This document shows, one piece after another, positions 17,933 through 26,302 of a stretch of DNA of 64,000 nt. The stretch is taken from positions 251,979-315,978 of the forward strand of contig CAWISN010000002.1 of assembly GCA_963838865.1 (NCBI GenBank). Reading direction: 5' to 3'. The translations under genes were made by a program, and so were the position numbers. The notes beneath the pieces were generated by a model that was not told the origin of the DNA, did not search any database, and saw only the letters and a list, made by a program, of their open reading frames with translations. Origin of the DNA: an uncultured Solirubrobacterales bacterium. Its GTDB lineage: Bacteria > Actinomycetota > Thermoleophilia > Solirubrobacterales > Solirubrobacteraceae. The stretch's first letter is position 1. Every line of letters starts with the position of its first letter.

Positions 17933-19555
17933 ATGGCCCAGGCAAGGGTGACGCGGCGGTCGTTGATCGGTGGCGCCGGTGCGGGAGCGGCGCTGGCGGC
18001 GCTGCCCGATCTGGTTCGTCCGGGAACCGCTCAGGCCCGGGACCTCCGGCGCTCGGTCGACGTTGTGGTCATCGGCGCGGGCCTGGCCGGCCTCACCGCG
18101 GCGCGGGACATCGCCCGGGCGGGACGGTCGGTGATGGTGCTCGAGGCCCGCCAGCGCGTGGGCGGGCGCACCCTGAATCATCACCTCGGCCCGCAGGGCT
18201 TCCCCGGCCGCGTGATCGAGGTCGGAGGGCAGTGGGTCGGGCCGCTACCCGGCGAACCGGCCACCGCAACCGTTCCGCCCCAGGCCGTCTACTGGCCGCA
18301 GTCACACGTGTATAGGCTGGCCAGGTCGCTCGGGATCGGCACGTACAAGACCTACAACAAGGGCGAGTACATCGACTACAGCTCGGTCACTGGTCTCACC
18401 CGGTATTCGAGCTCCACGCGCATACCCACCGATCCGGGGACGGCCAACGCGGGACACGCCATCTACAAGCTCAACCAGATGGCCAAGCACATCAACCGGG
18501 AGGCGCCGTATCGCAGTCCGGGCGCCGAGCAGTGGGATACCCAGACATTCGCGACGTGGATGCAACAGAACCTCAGCCCTCCGGGTCGCTCGCCCTACTC
18601 CCCGGAGTACTCCCTGATCAGCCTGGCCATTGAGGCGGTATTCGCGGCCGAGCCCCGCGACCTTTCGCTCCTTCATGTCCTCTTCTACATCGCCTCGGCG
18701 GGCACCCTGGACAACCTCGTGGACACGGCGAGCGGCGCTCAGGACAGCCGGTTCATCGGGGGCTCCCAGCGCATCTCGATCGAGTTGGCCCGCCGACTGG
18801 GATCGCGGGTCGTCCTGGGCGCGCCGGTGCGGCGGCTCATACAGCGCGGCGGTTCAGTGACTGCCGAGGGAGATGGTTTCTCGGTCGATGCCCAGCTGGC
18901 CATCGTGGCCATTCCGCCCACGCTGGCCGGACGAATCAGCTACGAGCCGACCCTGGCGGCCGTGACCGGCGACGGTGGCCTGCGGGACCAGCTCACCCAG
19001 CGCGTGCCCCAGGGCACGACGATCAAGGTGCAGTGCCTCTACCGGCATCCCTTCTGGCGGGCCAGTGGCCTGGCCGGCCAGGCCACCAGCGACACCGGGC
19101 CGGTCAAGATCACCTTCGACAACACTCCATACCCGGACCCCAGAACGCCGAAGGCCTCTCCCGGTGTCCTGATTGGGTTCATCGAGGGCGAGGAGGGACG
19201 CGTGTGGGGTACGCGCAGCCGAACCGAGCGGTTCCGGGCGGTGGTGGACAGCTTCGCGCGCTACTTCGGTGAGCCTGCCCGGCACGTCCTGGGCGGAATC
19301 AACGGATATGTGGAGATGCTCTGGGCCCAGGAGGAGTTCACCGGCGGCTGCTACGGCGGCTTTTTCCCCACGGGTGTGTGGAGCTCCTTCGGCTCAGCGC
19401 TGCGGCCGCCGGCCGGACGGCTCCACTGGGCGGGTACGGAGACGGCCACAGTTTGGAACGGCTACATGGATGGTGCCGTTCGCTCGGGGGAGCGCGCCGC
19501 GGGCGAGGTCCTCCCCGAGCTCAAAGCCCGCTCGGGCCACCATCACGGGGCCTGA
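17933..19555 (+). CDS. Tat-exported flavin monoamine oxidase family protein
   Basis: TRRSLI Tat motif; GAGLAGL, LEARQRVGGR, GGQW, AGTETA..GYMDGAVRSGERAA. Confidence 0.9.
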   Translation: MAQARVTRRSLIGGAGAGAALAALPDLVRPGTAQARDLRRSVDVVVIGAGLAGLTAARDIARAGRSVMVLEARQRVGGRTLNHHLGPQGFPGRVIEVGGQWVGPLPGEPATATVPPQAVYWPQSHVYRLARSLGIGTYKTYNKGEYIDYSSVTGLTRYSSSTRIPTDPGTANAGHAIYKLNQMAKHINREAPYRSPGAEQWDTQTFATWMQQNLSPPGRSPYSPEYSLISLAIEAVFAAEPRDLSLLHVLFYIASAGTLDNLVDTASGAQDSRFIGGSQRISIELARRLGSRVVLGAPVRRLIQRGGSVTAEGDGFSVDAQLAIVAIPPTLAGRISYEPTLAAVTGDGGLRDQLTQRVPQGTTIKVQCLYRHPFWRASGLAGQATSDTGPVKITFDNTPYPDPRTPKASPGVLIGFIEGEEGRVWGTRSRTERFRAVVDSFARYFGEPARHVLGGINGYVEMLWAQEEFTGGCYGGFFPTGVWSSFGSALRPPAGRLHWAGTETATVWNGYMDGAVRSGERAAGEVLPELKARSGHHHGA

Positions 19556-19612
19556 GTATCGCGAGGCCGGCGCCGCGGCCCCGTTCGTGGCCTGCCGGCC
19601 CCCGGACGCGGC

Positions 19613-21178
19613 CTACGTGACCGTAAAGCTGGTCGCGCTCGACGTGGAGCCGCCAGACGTGGTAACCGCGATCCGTCCGGACCGGGCCCTGCGGGGAACG
19701 GTGGCCTTGATCTGATTGGCCGACACCACGCTGAAGGAGGCCGCTGTGCCACTGAAGGTGACTCTGGACGCCCCGGTGAAGCCACTGCCGTTGATGGTGA
19801 CCGTGGTCCCCGGCGTCCCCGAGGACGGCGAGAAGCTCGTGATGCTGGGGATCACCAGGAAGCTGGTGGAGCTGGTGGCCGAGCTGCCACCCGACGCGGT
19901 CACCTTGATCGGTCCGCTCGAGGCGGTGGCGGGCACAGTGGCGGTCAGGTGGCTGGCCGATGTCACGTTCACGCTGCCTGACGCCACCCCGTTGAAGTAG
20001 ACGGCGTCTCCCGCGGCGAAGCCGTTGCCGTTGATGGTCACGCTGGTCCCCGTCGTAGCCTTGCCCGGCGAGAACCCGGTTACGGACAGGCCTTCGGACG
20101 AGCTCCCGGAATAGTTCAGCTTGCAGCCGCCGTCGGCGTTGCTCCATTCCTGCTGGACGTAGTAGTCGCCGGTGCCAATCTGCTGGTTGTACTGGCTGGT
20201 GGCCGAGACGCCGGTGGACGGCCAGGGGCCCGCCCCGAAATTCCAGGCGCACTTGTCGCCGATCTCGTTGCCCGAGCTGTCGTACCAGGCGGTGCCCAGC
20301 GGATCGGTGATGGCCTCGTTGTGCTCGTGGCTGACCAGGCTGATCGTGTCGTCCGCGGCCTGATCCCCGTTGGGGTACTGGCCGGTGTCACAAACGCCGG
20401 GGGCCCCGCTGTTCAGGCTGTAGGGCATGTTGGCGTAGAGCACCTCGCGACTCGAGCTGTCGGTGTAGTTGGAGTGATAGGCGCAGTAATACGTGTAGGC
20501 GCACTGTCCCGAGCTGGCGTCAAAGCACGAGCCGACATTGCTGGGGGTGAACACGAAGAACAGCGCGTTCGGGCCCGGCGTCCAACCGTTGGCCTGGATC
20601 ATCCGACTGACCTCGGCTTGGATATCGGTGTCGATCAGGCAGCCCCCGGAGACGTTCACGCCTGTCCCGGCGTACTCGGCCGAGCAGTGGTTCGGGATGG
20701 GGTCTGTGCTGTCCACTGTCCCGCCCACGGTCGACTGGTTGGCAATGTCGGTGCCGGTTGGGCCGTAGTACTGGGTATCGACGGCATACACGTTGCTGGT
20801 CGCGTTCTTGGACCCGGCCAGGTTGCCGAAGAACGTGTTGATGATGTTCTGGTAGCCCGAGCTGACCCCACCACCGCCTAGCCAGTAGATGGCGTACGTG
20901 GTGTTGGTCCCCATCACAGGGCCACCCCAGTACATGAGGTTGCTGGTGGACGCGAACCTTGTACCGGCAAACTCGCTTGTGGTGGGCCGGCCGTGACGCC
21001 GTCCCCGGGCTCGGGCCGATGGCACGATGCCGAGGAAACGATGGTCGATCCGCGCCGTCAGGGCATGCGCTGAGGCGGCGGCCGCATAGCGGCCGTGCGT
21101 GCCCGCCAGGGCTGAGGGAGCAAGCGCCAGCAGCAGTGCCAGCGTGAGTCCAGCGGTAACGGTCCGGCCCTTCGCCAT
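19613..21178 (-). CDS. secreted Phi-1/EXORDIUM-like protein with two C-terminal IPT/TIG domains
   Basis: Signal peptide; YCAYH; SHEHNEAITDP..EIGDKC; two FSP..GT.VTING.GF repeats. Confidence 0.75.
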   Translation of the reverse strand: MAKGRTVTAGLTLALLLALAPSALAGTHGRYAAAASAHALTARIDHRFLGIVPSARARGRRHGRPTTSEFAGTRFASTSNLMYWGGPVMGTNTTYAIYWLGGGGVSSGYQNIINTFFGNLAGSKNATSNVYAVDTQYYGPTGTDIANQSTVGGTVDSTDPIPNHCSAEYAGTGVNVSGGCLIDTDIQAEVSRMIQANGWTPGPNALFFVFTPSNVGSCFDASSGQCAYTYYCAYHSNYTDSSSREVLYANMPYSLNSGAPGVCDTGQYPNGDQAADDTISLVSHEHNEAITDPLGTAWYDSSGNEIGDKCAWNFGAGPWPSTGVSATSQYNQQIGTGDYYVQQEWSNADGGCKLNYSGSSSEGLSVTGFSPGKATTGTSVTINGNGFAAGDAVYFNGVASGSVNVTSASHLTATVPATASSGPIKVTASGGSSATSSTSFLVIPSITSFSPSSGTPGTTVTINGSGFTGASRVTFSGTAASFSVVSANQIKATVPRRARSGRIAVTTSGGSTSSATSFTVT

Positions 21179-21268
21179 ATGAATTCCTGTCTTGCCCTCA
21201 GGCGTCGCGTCCATGGGCACCCGTAGCGCCCCCCGGAGATCGGGAGTATAGGCGGGGTTCTGCCCCGT

Positions 21269-21997
21269 TCAGTGCGATCTGGACAAATGTCCACCCGCCT
21301 GGCCGATGAGAACGCTCAGGCTGATTCGCTGCCGTCCATCGCCGTCGAAGTTGGCTGGGTCAAGCCAGGCCTCAAAGCCAGCTCGGACCACGGGCCACTC
21401 GGCGTCGGTCAGGCCGAACCAGGCTGTGTCCCGGTTACGGCCCTTGATCACCATGTGCTGGCGGAAGATCCCCTCGAAGCGAAAGCCCAAACGCTCGGCG
21501 GCGCGTCGCGAGGCCCCGTTCAGGGCATTGCACTTCCACTCCACGCGGCGATACCCCAGGTCCTCGAAGGCGTGGCGCACGAGCAGGTAGATGGCCTCGG
21601 TGGCGGCGGTCGTGCGCTGAAGCGGGGTCCCGAACCAGATATTTCCAATCTCGATCGTCCCGTGCTCGGGCGTGATCCGCAGATATGAGGCGACGCCTTG
21701 AGGCTTCTGGCCCGGCTGGCGCAGGAGGGTGAAGAAGAGCGGATCTGGGCACTGTTGGGCCTGGGCGAGATAGCGGCCCAGTGCCCCGGGACTGTCGAAC
21801 GGGCCCTCGAACAGGTAGGTCCAGATGGCCGGATCGCCCAGGGGCGGGTGCGAGACGCGGTACAGCGGCTCAGCATCGGAGGCGGCGTCTACCGGACGGA
21901 GCACGATGTGCTGGCCGAGCAGAGGTTCGCGTCCGGGGAGCGTCGCACCGCGCCAGTCCAGCGGTTCGCCCAGCGGCGCATCGGATGCAGCGCTCAT
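21269..21997 (-). CDS. RimJ/RimL-type GNAT N-acetyltransferase
   Basis: EIGNIW, LGYRRVEWKCNALN..RLGFRFEGIFRQH..GRNRDTAW. Confidence 0.9.
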   Translation of the reverse strand: MSAASDAPLGEPLDWRGATLPGREPLLGQHIVLRPVDAASDAEPLYRVSHPPLGDPAIWTYLFEGPFDSPGALGRYLAQAQQCPDPLFFTLLRQPGQKPQGVASYLRITPEHGTIEIGNIWFGTPLQRTTAATEAIYLLVRHAFEDLGYRRVEWKCNALNGASRRAAERLGFRFEGIFRQHMVIKGRNRDTAWFGLTDAEWPVVRAGFEAWLDPANFDGDGRQRISLSVLIGQAGGHLSRSH

Positions 21998-22004
21998 TCC
22001 GGGA

Positions 22005-22014
22005 ACCCTATGCT
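22005..22014. promoter_or_regulatory. overlapping divergent -10 elements for two leaderless genes
   Basis: TATGCT (+) 6 nt before ATG 22021; TAGGGT (-) 7 nt before ATG 21997. Confidence 0.6.
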
Positions 22015-22020
22015 GCGCCG

Positions 22021-22974
22021 ATGATCGACGCCGAGCAGTTCCTGCGCGCCTCGCGGCGACCGCTCGTCATCGGGATGGGGGGTGGGGGAGACGTTGTGGG
22101 GGCACTGGCCACGGCGGAGGCGTGCCGGCATTACGACGAGGCGAGCCCCGTGCTGGGCGGGCTGGCCTGGGAGCGCCGGCCGATCGATCCTCAACCCGGG
22201 CCGCGCCGCGTGGAGGAGATTGAGGAGGGCCAGGAGATCGCCCCCGGGATTCTGCTGGCCGGTGCGCAGACCCGCGTCCGGGGACGCGGCGTGCGGTTTG
22301 CCGAGTCAGGCATGGCGGAGTTTCTCGGTGAGCCCACCGTTCTCGTCACTCTGGAGCGCGGGCCCGCAGCCATCGCTGAGGCGCTGGCCCAGGTGGCGGC
22401 CCGACTGGAGTGCGACGCCTTCGTGTTCATCGACGTGGGCGGCGATGTCCTGGCACAGGGTGGGGAGCCGGGACTACGCAGCCCGCTGTCAGACGCGATC
22501 ATGCTGGCCGCGGCGGCCCGGCTCCAGACGCAGGGTCAGCCCGTCCTGGGGGGCGTCTTCGGGATCGGCTGCGACGGCGAGCTCAGCCCCGCGCAGGTGC
22601 TGGCCGAGCTTGGTCAGCTGGCGGTGGCCGGGGGGCTCTGTGGCGCGCGCGGACTGACCGAGCACATCGCCCAGCGGCTCGAGCAGGCAATCCGCCACGT
22701 GCCCACGGAGGCCAGCGCCCAGGCGGTGCAGGCGTTCCGAAGCGCCGCCGGTCAGGCGGCCATCCGGGGAGGAGCCCGGGAGATCGAGCGCACCGCCGCC
22801 GCCGCTGTCACGTTCTACTTCGATGTGCGGGTGGCCTACGAGACACGCGGACGTCTGGCTCAGGCGGTGGGCGGCGCGTCGAGCCTTGAGGAAGCCAACC
22901 AGGCGATGGCGAGCCTGGGGGTCCGAACCGAGCTGGATCTGGAGCGCGAGGCGGCCAAGCTGGCCGCAGGCTGA
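22021..22974 (+). CDS. DUF1152 domain protein
   Basis: GMGGGGDV, DVGGDVLA.G.E..LRSPL.D, G.GCDGEL. Confidence 0.8.
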   Translation: MIDAEQFLRASRRPLVIGMGGGGDVVGALATAEACRHYDEASPVLGGLAWERRPIDPQPGPRRVEEIEEGQEIAPGILLAGAQTRVRGRGVRFAESGMAEFLGEPTVLVTLERGPAAIAEALAQVAARLECDAFVFIDVGGDVLAQGGEPGLRSPLSDAIMLAAAARLQTQGQPVLGGVFGIGCDGELSPAQVLAELGQLAVAGGLCGARGLTEHIAQRLEQAIRHVPTEASAQAVQAFRSAAGQAAIRGGAREIERTAAAAVTFYFDVRVAYETRGRLAQAVGGASSLEEANQAMASLGVRTELDLEREAAKLAAG

Positions 22975-22988
22975 GCTAAAGCCAGCTC

Positions 22989-23369
22989 CTATGCGGCCGG
23001 CGCGGGCTCTTCCTCGGCCGCCTGTAGGGCAGCCACGCCCAGCGCGATGGCCAGTAGCGCCGGTGCGGTGACCAGGACGGTCGAGAGCTTTGAGAGCTCC
23101 CCGTTGCGGCCGGCGATGATGCCGGCCGCCGCGTCAGCGGCATCGCACGCAATGCCGATCTGCAGCCACAGGCGGCGGCTTTCCCCGGCGCTCAGCTGAG
23201 CGCCCGCTGCCAGTGCCACGTCTCGCACCCCGAACAGGCGACCGACATATGGAAGCTGCGGGTTGGCCTCAGCGTCGAGCCCGAACAGCCGGCCAGACAG
23301 ACGAGGGGCGAGCCATGTGCCGGCCCCGATGCTGGTTCGAGTGGCGATCAGCTGCTTGAGCGGGGACAC
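22989..23369 (-). CDS. small membrane protein (DUF4267-like)
   Basis: Hydrophobic helices; RLFGVRDVAL..CDAAD pattern. Confidence 0.6.
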   Translation of the reverse strand: MSPLKQLIATRTSIGAGTWLAPRLSGRLFGLDAEANPQLPYVGRLFGVRDVALAAGAQLSAGESRRLWLQIGIACDAADAAAGIIAGRNGELSKLSTVLVTAPALLAIALGVAALQAAEEEPAPAA

Positions 23370-23379
23370 GCCCGGGATC

Positions 23380-24594
23380 TTATTCGCTGGATGGATCGTG
23401 CGGGCTCTGCTGCCTGGGCGGATCGGGCGCAGTCTGCTCGGCGAAGTGCTTGCTCAACATCGTCTCCTGACCCTGATAGCTCGAGCCCACCTCCCGGCCG
23501 TAGAGCCGGTCGGGCCGCTCGAGCATTCGCTCGTAGGCCAGCTTGCAGATCGGCTGGCGGTGTTCGACCATGAACGGGACATCGCGCGCCCGAACCTCGA
23601 GGGCCGCCCGTGAGCCAAACCTGCGACCGGTGTGGTCGTAGCCGAAGCCGGGATCGAAGAAGCCGGCGTAGTGGGTGCGCAGCTCCCCTGCGGTGGGGTC
23701 GTAGGCCATCATCTCCGCGGCGTACATCGGCGGCACGCACACCCCCTCGGCGGAGATCAGCAGGTAGAAGACCTCGGGATCGAGCACGATGCGCCCGCGC
23801 GCCTCGGGCGTGACGGGCTCCCAGTAGTCACGCCAGCGGTAGTGGTGCAGCTTGGTCATGTCCAGCCTGTAGCTGTTCTTCTTGGCCCGGTAACCCACGA
23901 TCCGGTTGTGCGGCCCGCTCAGATCGACGCTCAGGAAGAGGCCGTCGGAGATGGCCAGATCTCCGCTGGGGAGGGCGTGACGGTCGCTGTACAGAAGTGG
24001 GAATTCCTCGTGAATGCCCAGGAGCTCTGAGTCGCTCACCCGCGCGTCCCCCGCTGCCAGGCGGAGCTGGTTGAGGCTGAGCCGCTGCTCCACCCGGACC
24101 GCGAAGGACCGCGGGACCACCTCGAGGTAGAGCTTGCCTCGGTAGCCGGCCGGGATCTCGTCGAACCGGTGGTTGCCGTCCGTGATCACGCGCGTGAACA
24201 CGTCTAGCCGACCGGTCGAGCTCTTGGGGTTGGCCTTGGCGCGAATCTGGCGAGGCAGCGCCAGCTCCTCGAGCAGCGGGATGAGGTACGGCCGGTCTCG
24301 CTCCAGAGTGGCCCCGTCGCGCAGGTCCACGCGATCCAGGGCCAGGTCATCCACGCGGTCCATCACCGACGTACCGGGGCTGGGCAGGAAGCTGCATCGC
24401 AGGGCCCAGGCGTGGTCGGCCAGGCGCAGGTCGATGCTGGCGGGCTGAATGCTCTGGGGATGGATCCGGTAGTCCCCGGAGGAAATCCACCCCTGTTCCA
24501 CGGCCTGCCAGAGACCCTGTGAGGGGATGACCCCTCGGTCGGGCGGCGCTTGGCTCTGCTCAGTCTCCTCGGCGTTGGCTTGGGTTGCCCACAT
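23380..24594 (-). CDS. dcd: dCTP deaminase (long two-domain DCD type)
   Basis: QPASIDLRL, ANPKSSTGRLDVFTR, GELRTHYAGFFDPGFG. Confidence 0.88.
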   Translation of the reverse strand: MWATQANAEETEQSQAPPDRGVIPSQGLWQAVEQGWISSGDYRIHPQSIQPASIDLRLADHAWALRCSFLPSPGTSVMDRVDDLALDRVDLRDGATLERDRPYLIPLLEELALPRQIRAKANPKSSTGRLDVFTRVITDGNHRFDEIPAGYRGKLYLEVVPRSFAVRVEQRLSLNQLRLAAGDARVSDSELLGIHEEFPLLYSDRHALPSGDLAISDGLFLSVDLSGPHNRIVGYRAKKNSYRLDMTKLHHYRWRDYWEPVTPEARGRIVLDPEVFYLLISAEGVCVPPMYAAEMMAYDPTAGELRTHYAGFFDPGFGYDHTGRRFGSRAALEVRARDVPFMVEHRQPICKLAYERMLERPDRLYGREVGSSYQGQETMLSKHFAEQTAPDPPRQQSPHDPSSE

Positions 24595-24717
24595 CACTGG
24601 TGCGTTCTCTTTCCGTCCGGGGTCGCCTCGGCGGTCCGCGGCGGCTTGAAGGTTAGGCGGGAGCATCGCCGCTCAGGCGGACGTAAGGGGCACTGGCTCG
24701 GTTTGACCTGCTCAGAG

Positions 24718-26076
24718 ATGGATAGCTTCGGAAGGAGCCGTCTCGGGATATCCGTCCTTGTGGAGCATCAACCCACCAGCCCCACCCGGCGCCTGCCTCG
24801 GCGCCCGCACCGTGCTGAACGGCCGCTGGCACAGCGTGCCGAGCTGGGCGTTGCGCGCTCGCTGACGGGCGACGCACGCCAGGACCCGCTGGCGCGCTGG
24901 CTCCTCGCGGGCCGGTACCGCATGGACGAGGTGATCGGGCGCGGCGGCATGAGCACGGTCTACCGGGGCACCGACACGGTCCTGGACCGGGTTGTGGCGG
25001 TGAAGGTTCTCCTCACCGCACTGGCCCAGAGCGACCCCACCCACATCCGACGGTTCAGACGCGAGGCGCGGGCGGTGGCCGCGCTTCACGATCCGGCGGT
25101 TGTGAAGATCTACGACACCGGCGTCGATGAGGATTGCCACTTCCTGGTCATGGAGCATGTGGACGGCCGGAGCCTCGATGAGGTGTTGCGCGAGCGCCGG
25201 ACGCTTGCGCCCGCCGGGGCGGTGAATATCGCGGCTCGCGTGTCTGACGCGCTGGCGGCCGCTCACGCCGCGGGGATCCTGCACCGGGACGTCAAGCCGG
25301 CCAATGTGATGCTGACCGACGACGGCCAGGTCAAGGTGCTCGACTTCGGCATCGCCCGTCCGCTCGAGGAGGCGACCCTGACCCAGACCGCCTCGGCTAT
25401 CGGCACGGCAAGCTACATGGCGCCCGAGCGCGTGCGGGGCGAGCCGGGCGACGAGCGCTCGGACATTTACGCGCTGGGCTGCCTCCTCTACGCGATGCTG
25501 GCCGGCGGCCCTCCCTTCGTGGCGAATGAGCAGGTGGCCGTGCTGCATCAGCAGGTGCATGCCGAGCCGCCGCCGCTGCGAGCGTTGGGCGCCCGGATCA
25601 GCCCGGGCCTCGAGCTGCTCACCCTGAGGATGCTGGCCAAGGATCCCGCGGCCCGGCCTCAGACGGCGGCTGAGGTGGCCGTCCGGCTGCGCGAGCTGGG
25701 TGGCGCGGCAGCTGTGCGCCCCCTAATTTCGCCCGGCCCGTTCGCCCCCGCCCGGCGGCCACTAATGCCGCTGATCCTCATGGGCGCTCTGGTAGCGCTC
25801 GTGCTTCTTGTGGCCGCGCTGACCTCCGGCCAGGGCGGCCGGGCGGCGAGGCTCCAGCCGCGCCACGCCACGGGCTCATACCACGAGGCGGTGATCCACA
25901 CGACCTCACCACCGGTCATGAGCGCCACCCCAGCGGCGCCTGCTGCCCCGGCGACCGTGCAGCCGGCGGCGCACGGCAAAGGTCCAGATGGTGCTGGCCC
26001 GCCAGGCCATGCCGCCAAACCCGGAGGCGGGCCCGGCCACGGCGGAAAGGCAGGGAAGGGCGACGGCGGGGACTGA
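24718..26076 (+). CDS. membrane Ser/Thr protein kinase (Hanks type)
   Basis: GRGGMSTV, VAVK, HRDVKPAN, DFGIA, YMAPE; TM and Pro/Gly-rich tail; start uncertain. Confidence 0.92.
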   Translation: MDSFGRSRLGISVLVEHQPTSPTRRLPRRPHRAERPLAQRAELGVARSLTGDARQDPLARWLLAGRYRMDEVIGRGGMSTVYRGTDTVLDRVVAVKVLLTALAQSDPTHIRRFRREARAVAALHDPAVVKIYDTGVDEDCHFLVMEHVDGRSLDEVLRERRTLAPAGAVNIAARVSDALAAAHAAGILHRDVKPANVMLTDDGQVKVLDFGIARPLEEATLTQTASAIGTASYMAPERVRGEPGDERSDIYALGCLLYAMLAGGPPFVANEQVAVLHQQVHAEPPPLRALGARISPGLELLTLRMLAKDPAARPQTAAEVAVRLRELGGAAAVRPLISPGPFAPARRPLMPLILMGALVALVLLVAALTSGQGGRAARLQPRHATGSYHEAVIHTTSPPVMSATPAAPAAPATVQPAAHGKGPDGAGPPGHAAKPGGGPGHGGKAGKGDGGD

Positions 26077-26158
26077 ACCGCCGAAATCACCGCTGCGGAG
26101 CAATTCATCTGCCGATACTGGACGGCGCGGGCGATTTGTGGTGGCATGCCGGGCCTTA

Positions 26159-26200
26159 CGGGGCACAGCTGCAGCGCACCGGCGAGCTGTGCCCCGTTTT
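26159..26200 (+). terminator. hairpin with T-tail after the kinase gene
   Basis: CGGGGCACAGCT..AGCTGTGCCCCG 12-bp stem followed by TTTT. Confidence 0.55.
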
Positions 26201-26280
26201 GCTGGGCGGCCCATGGCGTCAGTCGGCTCGCGGCGACTTGCGAGCTTTGTAGATTCGTGGTGGCCGATCGGCCGTCCGCG
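26185..26280 (-). repeat. palindromic repeat family, copy A (partial, inverted)
   Basis: CCATGGCGT..CGAGCTTTGTAGAT..TGGTGGC aligns with the reverse complement of ~28995-29065. Confidence 0.7.
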
Positions 26281-26302
26281 GCGCTCCGCCCCGCTCGGCC
26301 CC

